Of a stretch of 64,000 nucleotides of DNA, positions 32,001-43,904 are shown piece by piece. Source of the DNA: an uncultured candidate division Zixibacteria bacterium (GTDB lineage: Bacteria; Zixibacteria; MSB-5A5; GN15; FEB-12); contig CAWDXE010000007.1 in NCBI GenBank assembly GCA_963806185.1, forward strand, positions 96,001 through 160,000. The letters run 5' to 3'. Made by a program: the position numbers and the translations under genes. Within the stretch, counting starts at the first letter, position 1. Each line of letters starts with the position of its first letter. Below the pieces are notes generated by a model, which saw only the letters and a list, made by a program, of their open reading frames with translations, made no database searches and had not been told where the DNA came from.

Positions 32001-32259
32001 TGTCGGCACTCTGTACCCACGCGGATCGAGCAAATCCCGGTGGATAATACCTGGCATCGTTGAGGACAATCTCGGCAACACAAACCTCGGGATACTGCCA
32101 TCCCTGCGGAATTGCGTCAACGATCTGTCGGCAGACTTCCGCTACCGTGAGATTCTGCTGGTTCAGGATCTCCTCGACACTATAGAGGCAGTTGAGCTCC
32201 TTTGCCCGTTCCGACAAAAACCAGATCAGATCATCAAGGGATTTGCCCTCGTCAGCCAT
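29077..32259 (-). CDS. PPDK_N (PEP/pyruvate-binding ATP-grasp) protein with N-terminal GAF-like and C-terminal nucleotidyltransferase domains
   Basis: ERAKELNCLY...WQYPE...GPFLKEE; GGKSAGL, VRSSSLLED, FSGKY, DIEFA, LLQCRP; SFGTHFFQDL; FGSS...SDIDLL...LDVH. Confidence 0.85.
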   Translation of the reverse strand: MADEGKSLDDLIWFLSERAKELNCLYSVEEILNQQNLTVAEVCRQIVDAIPQGWQYPEVCVAEIVLNDARYYPPGFARSAWVQSADILIQEKVIGRISVYYTTEKESVDHGPFLKEETRLIHSIADRLSHFLMYRQMRAVYQDWQAVQASVSKQQRPEWRGVVDMLRQTDQDLFFSISHKLLNHLCWCGVEAAKKLEQYYTAGTTKESEGADGDSNVPLHRKMLTTSNDFLSDEIFKIASDEIGDAEILLFIQKRIQEDKQRFLVRALNRNLTLSEVAEAIRRYRRIAPQEMEPRSPTQRGVSAALVRRFFSEQVQFVDVAKRFVTVADFYDLLPYVIFTAESSGHLGGKSAGLYVAAKILKRAGQDSPLLADIKVPRTWYITSDALLSFMYHNNLEEIVEQKYKELDQIRLEYPHIVQTFKHSNFPPEIVQGLSVALDDLGIVPIIVRSSSLLEDRMGSAFSGKYKSLFLANQGTKQERLDALKDAIAEVYASTFGPDPVEYRVERGLLDFNEEMGIMIQEVVGITVGDYFMPAFAGVAFSNNEFRWSPRIRREDGLIRLVPGLGTRAVDRLTDDYPILVAPGQPGLRVNVSLDEQIRYSPHFIDLINLRTRAFETVPVADVLRLSGYSIPNLADMVSMIEGDRSHALSYAGMDLQEGQMLVTFEGMLTQTTFIKRIQAILKLLQETFGTPVDIEFASDGTDFYLLQCRPQSYSKRSSSTPIPRGVPSKDIVFTANKYISNGRVPDITHIVYVDPLEYGEIPDRQQLLAVGRAVGRLNKLLPKRQFILIGPGRWGSRGDIKLGVSVTYSDVSNTSCLIEVARKKGNYLPDLSFGTHFFQDLVEANIRYLPLYPDDPVNVFNETFFTESPNMLSQLLPEFESLANVVRVIDVPQATGGRILQILLNADQEEAIGLLAQPKSQPAEGTVYQPLHQEEQESPWRWRLRVAERISSELDAERFGVKAMYIFGSSKNATAGPASDIDLLIHFAGDTCQREMLLSWLSGWSLCLDEVNYLHTGHRTGGLLDVHIVTDEDIAAHTSFAAKIDAVTDPARRLPLGHK

Positions 32260-34009
32260 ACAGTATTACCCCGCGAGCTGTGCGTCCATCGGCTTTGATT
32301 AGCAGAGGTCTTTCAGATTGCACGTGCCTAACAAAATGAGACTCTGATACGATTCGCTGTTGATTTACCCATCGCCAATCAATAGCGTACTTGCCGCTAT
32401 GGGCGACAGAGAAATAGAGTACTTGAAAGCTGGAGAGATTGTGGAAGAAGTGTGATCCCTGGCTCAGCTCTACGTCAAAAGAAGGTAGTGTCGCTTCAAC
32501 TACAACCCTGGCCCCCGATACGTTGGACCACGCAACCGGAATACCCAGCCACGGTTCAGAGCTTCCCCATCGACCAAAACCGATGAGCGCATAGGGGCGA
32601 CCCTCATCCAGAAGCTGACTGTTTACCCTGTCGATTTCAGCGGCAATTTGCGGCGAATGTGCGGCATCAAATGTCTCCGGTTTGACGAATACAATATCCG
32701 AGACGGAATCGATAATTCCGTTGCCCATGGCACGTTCGGTCGCGACGATTGCATTCTGTGCCGATAGTTCTGCCATCGTCACATCCACCACGGCCGCAGA
32801 CACCACCATCGGACGCACCTGAAGAAACCCGAATCGGCCGTGCGACGATCTATCGGGTTCGAGCGTCGCCGCAAACTCGATCTCGACGGGACTCCCGACT
32901 CGCTCTTCGCACAGCTTCAAGAGCTGCTTCACCAATCGATTGAGCGGAATGAGTTCAGATTTGAGAATCGGTCCGAAATCCAATAGCCTGGGGCCCGCAA
33001 CGTTGATTCCACTCACGATTCTTTCCTCGCCAGGTACGAAGGTTGAGGCGACCCCCACCAAGGTCCCGTCCTCTTCCGCCTCGCGAATGCCTGTCTGAAC
33101 AAGGTACTCGGTTTCTCGAATCGGATCGTACTCTGGCGGTTTCCCCATGTTCACCGCCCAGAATTGCGTCTGCGACTGATCCAGCAGTTCTTCAAAATTG
33201 CCATACGGGGGCATGGCCTTCGGAAACGCAGGCGAATACCCGTACGAAATGCCGCCATCAACAATCGTCTTGCCCAGCCCCAGCGCGAGATTCACGACGC
33301 CATCCAACGGTTTTGCGTGTCCGGATGGATAGTAATTATGTGAACGCGCTACCCCGGAGATGTTCGGGTAGAATCGATCATCGTGTCTTAGTCCGACGAC
33401 CTCCTGAATGATCACGGCCATCTTCTCGGACTCGATCGACTTGCCGGTAGCTCGGAAATACGTCTTTGCCTTGCGAAAAAACGTCGATGCGTAGACAAAT
33501 CGGATGGCCTCAATCAACTTGCGGAACCGTGTATCGGCATCGGCCTGATTATTCGGTATCATCTTGGTGTGGTAAACCCCTGCGAAGGGTTCGAACAGCG
33601 CATCCTCAAGCAGACTTGAAGAGCGGACCGCCAGCGGTGTGTGAACAAAATGGACAAGCGCCCCGAGATCCCCAACCAACGTTGCGGGAAGAGAGCCTTG
33701 CTGGAACGCGGTCGCGATCCGGTTGTCGTGTGCGTCGGAAAGAGCGACTTCGTACAGATTGTTCGATCGCATGAACTCATCGAAGCAATCCGTGGAGAGA
33801 ACCGTCAGCCTTGGCACCGCGACGTCGATCTGGTCATCGCGAAACGCATCGACGTGCTCTGCCAGCACCCCCCGCATCAACGCCAGCCCTTGCGCCTTGC
33901 CACCGATTTCACCGGTTCCTATACGTGTAAATGTCTCTGTGCCGTCAAAAAAACGACGATCAAACGCCGGCAGACTGTTGAGGGGGATGCGGAAAGAGTC
34001 GGCAGTCAA
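32252..34009 (-). CDS. Stand-alone PPDK_N (PEP/pyruvate-binding) protein with His domain
   Basis: GGKAQGL, AVRSSSLLED, FAGVY, EIEFA, LQVRP, GRWGS and SQGSHFFHNL. TTG start after a GAAGGAG RBS. Confidence 0.85.
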   Translation of the reverse strand: MTADSFRIPLNSLPAFDRRFFDGTETFTRIGTGEIGGKAQGLALMRGVLAEHVDAFRDDQIDVAVPRLTVLSTDCFDEFMRSNNLYEVALSDAHDNRIATAFQQGSLPATLVGDLGALVHFVHTPLAVRSSSLLEDALFEPFAGVYHTKMIPNNQADADTRFRKLIEAIRFVYASTFFRKAKTYFRATGKSIESEKMAVIIQEVVGLRHDDRFYPNISGVARSHNYYPSGHAKPLDGVVNLALGLGKTIVDGGISYGYSPAFPKAMPPYGNFEELLDQSQTQFWAVNMGKPPEYDPIRETEYLVQTGIREAEEDGTLVGVASTFVPGEERIVSGINVAGPRLLDFGPILKSELIPLNRLVKQLLKLCEERVGSPVEIEFAATLEPDRSSHGRFGFLQVRPMVVSAAVVDVTMAELSAQNAIVATERAMGNGIIDSVSDIVFVKPETFDAAHSPQIAAEIDRVNSQLLDEGRPYALIGFGRWGSSEPWLGIPVAWSNVSGARVVVEATLPSFDVELSQGSHFFHNLSSFQVLYFSVAHSGKYAIDWRWVNQQRIVSESHFVRHVQSERPLLIKADGRTARGVILYG

Positions 34010-34182
34010 TCTATCGCTCCTTCGGGATGCTAATCCTTGATAGACTAGGTATCTTATAAGTAACGTGCGACATACCCTAAGTCAAGAAATGATTGCCTGT
34101 CGAGTCGTTCTTGTCGATTTCTACTCTGATCACTTGTACGAAGCGTCCGAGCATGGTATGATATTTATTAAGGGTGTTCGTT

Positions 34183-34836
34183 ATGTTAAAGCGGATCATA
34201 AAAGTCATCATTATAGATCACCAGTGCCTGGTACGACAGGGTTTGGCAAGTCTTTTGAATACCGATGGGAATTTTCAAGTTGTCGGTGACTTCGCCTCCA
34301 GCCCGGAGGCGTTTGATCAGGTAAGCCTGGTCAAGCCGGACGTAGCCATCATCGATGTACAAATGCCGGGCCTTGACGGCATCAGTATTGGCCGACGGCT
34401 GCGGCAGATCAGCCCGACAACAGAGATCGTGTACCTGACCGCGAATCATTCTGACGATCAATCCCGGGATGCGTTTGAGTCTGGCGGACGGTGTTATTTG
34501 CTCAAGGACTGTTCATTCGAGGAATTGGCACTCGCTGTGCGAAAGGCAGCCGACGGCGACTACTACCTCACCGGTCCTTCATCGTCAGAGATGATCGCCG
34601 AGTACGTAAAGCCGCTCCTCAGCGCTCAGCGGCCGGGAGGGCAAATGACATTGCGCGAGAGGGAAATCGCTCGGCTGTTGGCGGACGGTTACTCTACCAA
34701 AGAGGCGGCTGACGTGCTCAATATCAGTGTTAAGACGGCAGAGGCACATCGTACTTCTATCATGAAGAAGCTGAACGCCAAAAATGTGACTGATATTGTC
34801 AAGTATTGCATCCGCAATCAAATCATTGAGACATGA
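34183..34836 (+). CDS. NarL/FixJ family response regulator (REC plus LuxR HTH)
   Basis: IIDVQMPGLDG (phospho-Asp), YLT, YLLK and LREREI...ISVKTAEAHR. Confidence 0.93.
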   Translation: MLKRIIKVIIIDHQCLVRQGLASLLNTDGNFQVVGDFASSPEAFDQVSLVKPDVAIIDVQMPGLDGISIGRRLRQISPTTEIVYLTANHSDDQSRDAFESGGRCYLLKDCSFEELALAVRKAADGDYYLTGPSSSEMIAEYVKPLLSAQRPGGQMTLREREIARLLADGYSTKEAADVLNISVKTAEAHRTSIMKKLNAKNVTDIVKYCIRNQIIET

Positions 34837-34843
34837 CGGCTTC

Positions 34844-36416
<1,573 letters not shown>

Positions 36417-36440
36417 GTCCTGTTTTCGAGCATTACACCA

Positions 36441-36471
36441 AAAACGGAGTGGTATCACACCACTCCGTTTT
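36441..36471. terminator. Bidirectional-type terminator hairpin after gdhA
   Basis: AAAACGGAGTGG-TATCACA-CCACTCCGTTTT. Confidence 0.75.
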
Positions 36472-36534
36472 GTATGTTTGGTTTTTGGTCTGCGTCAATG
36501 TGCGGGTATAACCGGGAAGCTGAGACTCGACAAG

Positions 36535-39500
36535 ATGCTCACGTTCAACGATCTCCTGGCAGAGCACGGTTACGTAAACCGCTTCAACGAATTTCAAGGA
36601 TTGATGCAGTTTCGCGTGCGCGAAATTCTGCTCGCCTCCAGCTTGTACGACTCGTTCATCTTTGAGCAAGATGGTCGTCTCTCGGAAATGCTCCTTTCCG
36701 AGTACCTTGATCTCAATCTTAGCCAGGCCCCTGGCATCACCCGCGTATCGACCGGTGGCGAGGCGCTCGCACGGATTGTCGGCCCTAACCGCTTCGATCT
36801 GATTATCACGACGATGAATTTGGCCGACATGACAGCGGTCGACCTCGCCAGACGGATCCGCGCCGAGCGACCGAATCTTCCGGTTATTGCCCTGCTATAC
36901 GATACCCGTGAATTTGCCGAACTCACGACTTACCACGATATTGCGGTGTTCGACAAAGTATTTATCTGGCAGGGAGATTTCCGAACCCTGATGGCCGTCG
37001 TCAAGTACGTCGAGGACCGCCGAAACGTCGAACACGACACTGCAGCAGTCGGTGTGCAGTCAATAATCCTCATCGAAGACAACGTCAACGCGTACTCCTC
37101 GTTCCTCCCCATAATCTATACCGAGGTCGTTAAACACACGCAGCAAGTTATGGCTGAGAGCTTGAACCTCTCGCATAAACTTCTTCGCATGCGGGCGCGG
37201 CCGAAGATCTTGCTGTGCAGTTCGTTCGAGGAAGCGTGGGACTTCTTCAAGCGGTATGAGAGTTGTGTGCTCGGAATCATCTCCGACATAGAGTTCCCCA
37301 GAGACGGTCAACTTGACCGGGAAGCCGGCCTTCGCTTCGCAGCCCAGGTACGGGCAGTGCACTTCGACATACCGATTCTGCTGCAATCCGATTCTCCAGA
37401 TTTCGAGGAAGCGGCCCGTGAGATCGGGGCCGGATTTCTACTAAAACGATCGCCCCGACTGCTCCAACAATTGCGCGAATTTATGGCTGCGCATTTTAGC
37501 TTTGGTGAATTCATTTTCCACTTGCCCGATGGACGTGAGGTGGCGCGCGCCAATAGCCTGCTTACGCTCGAGGAACAACTCCGGTTGGTTCCCGATGAAT
37601 CAATCCGCTTTCATGTCGAGCGAAATCACTTTTCCAATTGGCTCAAGGCTCGTACGGAATTTCTGCTGGCGGATCGCCTTCGTCCACAGCGAGTCTCCGA
37701 CTTTCCCTCTATTCAAATGTTGCGCGCCGATCTCGTGCGTTCGTTGCAGGAGTTCCGCCAGGAACGAAGTGTCGGCATCATCGTTGATTTCGATCGCAAG
37801 TCGTTTGATCCTCTGTCTTCCTTTGCCCGGATTGGCTCGGGCTCGCTCGGGGGCAAGGCGCGAGGGATGGCTTTTGTCAATGGGCTTTTGAAAAACTTCA
37901 AGCTCCATGATCGGTTTGATGGCATCCGGCTCCAAGTGCCGTCGGCAGTCGTGCTGGCCACGGACATATTTGATCAATTTATGGACGGCAACAATTTGAG
38001 CAAGATCGCCATAGAATCGACCGACGATACTCGCATACAGAGCCATTTCCGCTCGGCTCAACTTCCGGATTCCGTAGTGCGTGAACTTGCCGAATTCGTA
38101 GATATCGTCCAATATCCGTTGGCGGTCCGCTCTTCAAGTCTGCTGGAGGATTCCAGATTCCAGCCCTTTGCGGGGATCTATGACACCTTAATCCTGCCAA
38201 ACAATCATCCTGACCCGTCTGTTCGTTTGAACGAGCTGCTGGACGCCATCGTCCGGGTGTACGCATCAACATTCAGCGCGGCCGCCAAGACGTACATGGC
38301 CACCACCGTGTTTCGCCTCGAAGAGGAGAAGATGGCGGTCGTTATTCAGCGCCTGGTGGGCTCCGTCCACGAATCAAGGTTCTACCCCAATTTTTCCGGT
38401 GTCGCGCGATCCTATAATTTCTATCCGCACCCGCCCATGTCTCCGCAAGACGGCGTGGCCATTGTCGCGCTCGGTCTGGGCGCCGCCGTGGTCGACGGTG
38501 ATCTCTCTGTCCGATTCTGTCCCCGATATCCCAGGCATCTGTTTCAGTTGTCCGGCATCGAGGATGCTCTGCGATACTCGCAACGGGAATTCCTGGCGCT
38601 GGAACTCAACGACACAAGTGAAGCGGAGCAAAAGACTGGCGCGACGCACCTGACGCACTGCGGACTGGATCAGGCCGAGCGAGATGGAACCTTGTGGCAT
38701 GTTGTCTCCACGTATTCAAGGGAAAACGACGCTATCTCCGACGGACTGTCCCGAACGGGGGTGAGACTGGTCACCTTCGCGCCGATCCTGAAGAATAGTT
38801 TGTTTCCCCTGGCCGAAATCCTGAATGTTGTGCTCGATATGGGAACCTGGGGAACGGGCACTCCGGTCGAGATCGAATTCGCGGTCAATATTCCGTCATC
38901 CCCGGCCGATCGCAGCGAGGTTGCGGTTCTCCAAATGCGGCCGCTCGTCACCACACGGGAGTTCGAAGAACTGTCCATTGGTGATGTTAACCCCGACGAT
39001 GTCATATGTTTTAGCGATCGCGTTCTCGGCCACGGGATACTTGAGACCATCCAGGACATAGTGTTGGTCGACCCGGATTGCTTCCGGCGAGACCGCAGCA
39101 CCGATGTAGCTCGCGAAGTAAGCAGATTCAACGCGGAACTGGTGGCCGCCCGGCGGCCGTACCTGTTGATCGGGGTCGGACGTTGGGGCTCTGCCGATCC
39201 GTGGCTGGGTATTCCGGTATCCTGGGAACAGATTTCGGGTGCGCGGGCAGTGGTTGAATCCAGTTTCCGGGATTTTGACGTTACGCCGTCTGAGGGAAGT
39301 CACTTCTTTCAGAACATGATTTCATCACGCATCGGATATTTTACCGTCAATGCCAGTCAGACCTGTGGGTACGTTGACTGGGCCTGGCTCCGACTTCAAC
39401 CTGCGTTTGAGACTCGCCACTACGCTCGCCACATTAGACTGGATTCGCCGACTATCATCAGAATGGACGGACGCACAGGTCGCGGTGTCATCTACAAACC

Positions 39501-39558
39501 AACGTTTCGTATACCGGCACTGGCGCAGCCTGTGTACCCACTGAACTCTCAGGAATGA
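36535..39558 (+). CDS. REC-REC-PPDK_N (PEP/pyruvate-binding) protein with His domain
   Basis: Pseudo-REC (DLIITT), REC (LIEDN...IISDIEF...LLQS...LLK), HVERNHFSNWL, GGKARG, VRSSSLLED, LQMRP and SEGSHFFQNM. Confidence 0.87.
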   Translation: MLTFNDLLAEHGYVNRFNEFQGLMQFRVREILLASSLYDSFIFEQDGRLSEMLLSEYLDLNLSQAPGITRVSTGGEALARIVGPNRFDLIITTMNLADMTAVDLARRIRAERPNLPVIALLYDTREFAELTTYHDIAVFDKVFIWQGDFRTLMAVVKYVEDRRNVEHDTAAVGVQSIILIEDNVNAYSSFLPIIYTEVVKHTQQVMAESLNLSHKLLRMRARPKILLCSSFEEAWDFFKRYESCVLGIISDIEFPRDGQLDREAGLRFAAQVRAVHFDIPILLQSDSPDFEEAAREIGAGFLLKRSPRLLQQLREFMAAHFSFGEFIFHLPDGREVARANSLLTLEEQLRLVPDESIRFHVERNHFSNWLKARTEFLLADRLRPQRVSDFPSIQMLRADLVRSLQEFRQERSVGIIVDFDRKSFDPLSSFARIGSGSLGGKARGMAFVNGLLKNFKLHDRFDGIRLQVPSAVVLATDIFDQFMDGNNLSKIAIESTDDTRIQSHFRSAQLPDSVVRELAEFVDIVQYPLAVRSSSLLEDSRFQPFAGIYDTLILPNNHPDPSVRLNELLDAIVRVYASTFSAAAKTYMATTVFRLEEEKMAVVIQRLVGSVHESRFYPNFSGVARSYNFYPHPPMSPQDGVAIVALGLGAAVVDGDLSVRFCPRYPRHLFQLSGIEDALRYSQREFLALELNDTSEAEQKTGATHLTHCGLDQAERDGTLWHVVSTYSRENDAISDGLSRTGVRLVTFAPILKNSLFPLAEILNVVLDMGTWGTGTPVEIEFAVNIPSSPADRSEVAVLQMRPLVTTREFEELSIGDVNPDDVICFSDRVLGHGILETIQDIVLVDPDCFRRDRSTDVAREVSRFNAELVAARRPYLLIGVGRWGSADPWLGIPVSWEQISGARAVVESSFRDFDVTPSEGSHFFQNMISSRIGYFTVNASQTCGYVDWAWLRLQPAFETRHYARHIRLDSPTIIRMDGRTGRGVIYKPTFRIPALAQPVYPLNSQE

Positions 39559-40368
39559 TCGAAATCCCACTCGGAACTCGGGGAGCTCTGAGATCCCCGC
39601 GTCACCAGTGTGTTTTCTCATTAATTTATTCTGGCAATCTTCAATTGGCGAACATTAATGAAGTGCATAGACCTTCCTCCCAATGTATTATTTGGTAACG
39701 AACCCAACCCGCCTGGCAGCGTTGGAATGCACCCAATCTCTCGCGATTCCAAAAGTTGTTGAAGACCGGCCTTGCCTGAATCTCGTGGACCTCGCTTCAG
39801 GCGGCGCCTCGACTGCGCTCGATAAACGCCGAAAAGTTTGAGTAGTGCCCGCTCGGGGGAGCATAGCTGAACGAGAGTCGAAATCCAGTAGAAAACTGGA
39901 TGGCGATGTGTAAGTTCGCTTATACTCTTGCAGTCATACGTATAGCTTATAGCCCGAATCCCAAGTGTATGAACCGACACAACGGATCATGAATCCGGAT
40001 TGGCTTACAAGTCTATTGTCAGCGTTCAGTCGCCAGTTAGGACCTTCAACCCGACAGCCAATTGGTCGTTCACTTCCGGGGAACTAGCTGACTTTCAATC
40101 AGCCGCATTGAATTTAGATGGCCGCTGGGGCTTGTTCCAGCGGCCACGAACGGGCAGGTCCTGTATGCGAGGGGGGACCAATACCCTGCGTATTCAAATG
40201 GCCTTTCCCCATGGGCCGGGCGGCGGCCGACGGGATCGAGGTTGACGGCCACCGTGAGGCAGCTTCGGTACTTACACCGATGGTGCCTCGGACCCAATTA
40301 CCTCCAATCGCGTCAAATCCGCCCGCCAGAAACGGGAGTGCGTCCACTGCTGGAACTCCCAGTCCGCT

Positions 40369-42132
40369 TCATATGGAGATCCTGAACTTGCTCACCATGC
40401 TCTGCAATCCCTCGGCCTGGCGATTGAGTTGTTCGGCCGCTGCGGCCGATTGCTCGGCTCCCGCTGACGTTTCCTTGGTCACCGACGCGATATGTTCCAC
40501 ATTCTTGGAAATCTGCTCGGCTGCAGTGGACTGCTCTTGTGAAGCGGTCGCGATCTGAGCGATCATATCCATCACCCGCTGGCTCATGCTAACAATCTCG
40601 GCCAAGCTAGAACCGGCCTTGTCGGCCAGATCCCGCCCCTTGTCGACTTCTTGAATACCTGACTCCATCGAGTTAACGGCTTCCTCGGTGTCGGTCTGAA
40701 TCCCCTTGATCATGCTGGTGATCTCTTTAGTTGCCTTGCCCGTCCGCTCGGCCAACTTCCTGACCTCATCGGCCACGACGGCAAAGCCGCGGCCCTGTTC
40801 GCCGGCCCGGGCTGCTTCGATGGCGGCATTTAGGGCCAACAGGTTCGTCTGGTCGGCAATATCATCGATGACGCCAATAATCTCGCCAATCTGATCGGCT
40901 GACTTGGCCAGCTTGCCGATCGACTCAGCCGATTGGCGCACTACCTGGGCGATCTTCTGCATGCCTTGAATAGTGTCAGAGACGATCTGCCCCCCCGAAG
41001 TGGCTGTGCCCGAAGCCGAGCGGGCCGTATCAGTGGCCTCCCCGGTGTTTCTCGAAGACTCCAAGATGGTCGCCGACATCTGTTCGATAGCAGTGGAGAC
41101 CTGGGCCACCTGGTCGGCTTGGACTTTGGCTCCGTTGCTCATCTGCTCGGATGAACTGGAGATCTCATTGGCCGCCGACACGAGCTCCCGGGCGTTGTCG
41201 GTGAGCTGCCTGATCATCCCGCTCAAGTTCTGCAGCATAGTCACGAATGCCTTGCCCAGAGCGTCGTGCTCGCTCTTGGGCTCGACTCGTACCGTCAAAT
41301 CGTTGGCCGCAATACTCTCCGCCGCCTTGGCCATCGTCTTCATATAGTCGATCAGTGCCCGGAACGCATCGGCCAGTACGCCGATCTCGTCTCGAGAGTG
41401 AATATCGACGGTATTGCGGATGTCCCCGATCGCCACGGCCTTGGCCGCCGCAGTCAACCTTCGCATAGGTCCGATCAACTTGGCGGATAAGAGCACGCCG
41501 AGACACAACGACAACGCGAGTGTCACAATACCGATTGTCACGAGCGTCGTCATTCCGGAACTGATCCTCTCTCGGGCCGTGCCCTCCAAGCCGGAGTTCA
41601 TCGTGGCCGCGTCACTGACCGTGCGGTCAATCGCCGCCCGATGCTCATCGTACAGCGGGGCCAGTCGATTCTCTAATAGGGTCCGGGCGGTCGTTACGTC
41701 GCCGCTCATCACCGCCGGAATGACGTCGTTTTGTGCGATCTCATAAAATCTTTGAGCCGGCTGGTACGACTGCTCCACCAGAGTTCGCTTCATCGGTCCC
41801 TCGGGAAGTGCCTTCTGCCAGAACTCGTGTCTGGAGGCGTACTCGGTCTGCAGTTGTTTCAACCGATCGACGAGCGGCGGAATTGCCTGACGCTCCGTGG
41901 CGTACACGATCTGGTAGGTCACCAAATATGACTCGAGGATGTACTCGGGCGGTGGCAGGACGTCAGCCACCAGGTCCTTACCCATCACGATTTCCTGATA
42001 CAACGGGCCGTTTACCTGCAGTGTCCTCGTCATGCTGATCGAAAAGATGCCGAACGCGATCAGTCCCACGACCGGTATAGCCAACAGCACGATCAGCTTT
42101 GACCGAAAAGACAGGTTATTTAGGAATTCCAT
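40369..42132 (-). CDS. Methyl-accepting chemotaxis protein
   Basis: Two TM helices, periplasmic [16 protein letters not shown] and [35 protein letters not shown]. Confidence 0.95.
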   Translation of the reverse strand: MEFLNNLSFRSKLIVLLAIPVVGLIAFGIFSISMTRTLQVNGPLYQEIVMGKDLVADVLPPPEYILESYLVTYQIVYATERQAIPPLVDRLKQLQTEYASRHEFWQKALPEGPMKRTLVEQSYQPAQRFYEIAQNDVIPAVMSGDVTTARTLLENRLAPLYDEHRAAIDRTVSDAATMNSGLEGTARERISSGMTTLVTIGIVTLALSLCLGVLLSAKLIGPMRRLTAAAKAVAIGDIRNTVDIHSRDEIGVLADAFRALIDYMKTMAKAAESIAANDLTVRVEPKSEHDALGKAFVTMLQNLSGMIRQLTDNARELVSAANEISSSSEQMSNGAKVQADQVAQVSTAIEQMSATILESSRNTGEATDTARSASGTATSGGQIVSDTIQGMQKIAQVVRQSAESIGKLAKSADQIGEIIGVIDDIADQTNLLALNAAIEAARAGEQGRGFAVVADEVRKLAERTGKATKEITSMIKGIQTDTEEAVNSMESGIQEVDKGRDLADKAGSSLAEIVSMSQRVMDMIAQIATASQEQSTAAEQISKNVEHIASVTKETSAGAEQSAAAAEQLNRQAEGLQSMVSKFRISI

Positions 42133-42202
42133 CGACGTACCTCCATACTGAAGCGTGAGCTTGTTTGCCGTTTTCTGGGCGGTCTTTCCAAGGGTCTCCC
42201 GG

Positions 42203-43645
42203 CTAGAACCCGCACGTAAACTCAACCGCACCGGAGAATCGCCGGTCGCGAATGTCTCCGTGCGAATTCGCAAAACTCTTCTTGTCCGACCAGTCGTATC
42301 GCGTCTCCAATAGGCAGGTCAGCCCCTCAACGATCACCAGCGAAGGCGCGATCAGAATCGCCTTCCACTCCTGGGCGACTCCGGTTCTGGAACCATCTTT
42401 GTCGTTGAGGTAGTCGAGACGAGCGGTCACGCCATAACGGGAGTCGGGCCGCCAATGAGCCGTGACTAATCCGCCCTGCCAGCGGCCGTCACGGCCGTCC
42501 CCCAGAGCATCCTGCTCCGTGCCCAGCTGTAATTCACCCCCAATCGTCCATTGTTCAGTCGGTGTGTACGCGGCGTCCCAGTCGATGACTGTTCGCGGCC
42601 CGGTCGTACTTCCCGCCACTTCCGGCCCCGTGATCGCCGAAAGGCCCCACGCAAAGCTGGGTGAAAGTGTGACTCCCAGCCGCGTGCCAATCGTCTTCCC
42701 ATTATTATTGTCCGGTGTGGCGTCCCAGCCATTGACTATATAGAGTTTTGTGTCGAACCATGAATTTGGCTTAGCGGATAGCATTAACCCGGTGAGATTG
42801 GTGGGCAGGCCGTACACGAAGACCAGGGCGTGGGAGTACTGATACATATCGGGAGCGTCCAGCAGCTCAAAGCCAATCGGGGCATTGAATTTTCCAAAAG
42901 TAACCTGCCACGTCGCCGACCGACCCAAATCAAATGTCAGATAACCTTGTTCCAGGTCCGTGCCAAAGTGTCCATTCCCATCGGCCATCAATTCAATATC
43001 AGCGCGGACCTTGGCCCGCTCACCCAACGACCTGCTGATATCCACCTCGACCTGATCGAGACCAAAGGAGTTTTCCCGATCGCCGTCGTCATACGCCTGG
43101 CTGGCATCAACAAACCCCGATAGCGCCAGATTGCTTACGATTGGCGACGGTCTACCGGCCGTCGAATTTTCCACGCCTGCCGACCCGGCGTCGGAAGCCA
43201 TCGACGGAACTCCAAACTCCTCAAGGGAGGCGATCTGTGATCCGGCATTGCGGCTGGTATCCTGACGGAGGTTACGGCATTCGGCCCGCAGGTACTCGAT
43301 ATCGGCGAGCAATTGCGGCCAGAGCGAATCCGAAGATATCCTCGGGCTCTCGACGGGCATCTTCATGGCCTCGACCTCGGCGCGAAGTTGCGCGATCTGC
43401 GCTTCGAGTGCCTGCACATCCACGCGGTCAGGCGTCGCCGCGCTGTCCGCGCGTGACCGAAACATCGACTCCAAGCGAGCCACGGACTCTTTGCGGGCCT
43501 TGCATTCACTTTCGACCTGGGCTTTGAGACGTGACTCCATTCTGTCCACCGCCTCAAGCAGCTGGGCGAAGTCCTGCGCCCGACAGCATCCCGCAACCAG
43601 GAGGACGACCGACGCGTACAGGCCGATTCTCTTCAGTTTGTCCAT
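42203..43645 (-). CDS. Outer-membrane porin (BBP2/DUF1597-like) with N-terminal coiled coil
   Basis: Signal peptide; [22 protein letters not shown]...DNN and a terminal Phe. Confidence 0.8.
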   Translation of the reverse strand: MDKLKRIGLYASVVLLVAGCCRAQDFAQLLEAVDRMESRLKAQVESECKARKESVARLESMFRSRADSAATPDRVDVQALEAQIAQLRAEVEAMKMPVESPRISSDSLWPQLLADIEYLRAECRNLRQDTSRNAGSQIASLEEFGVPSMASDAGSAGVENSTAGRPSPIVSNLALSGFVDASQAYDDGDRENSFGLDQVEVDISRSLGERAKVRADIELMADGNGHFGTDLEQGYLTFDLGRSATWQVTFGKFNAPIGFELLDAPDMYQYSHALVFVYGLPTNLTGLMLSAKPNSWFDTKLYIVNGWDATPDNNNGKTIGTRLGVTLSPSFAWGLSAITGPEVAGSTTGPRTVIDWDAAYTPTEQWTIGGELQLGTEQDALGDGRDGRWQGGLVTAHWRPDSRYGVTARLDYLNDKDGSRTGVAQEWKAILIAPSLVIVEGLTCLLETRYDWSDKKSFANSHGDIRDRRFSGAVEFTCGF

Positions 43646-43904
43646 ATTCCCTTCCCACTTTGCTGTCGGCAGGCTCGGCCAGCGACAAGATTTTGCTGAT
43701 CGTAACAGAAATCGCCAGGCAGCGGGAACGCGGCTCAATGCCCCCATGGAAATGTCAGACCGTGTGCGACCGCGCTCCCGCCGCCCGACCAGCAAATGGT
43801 TCACTATCCCTCTTTCGGGAGTCTTACTGAAAGGGCGAGGGCCAGCCAAGGGTCACCCAAAGGCTACTCCGACTGACCTCAGCCTGAATTGTGGGATGGA
43901 CGGG

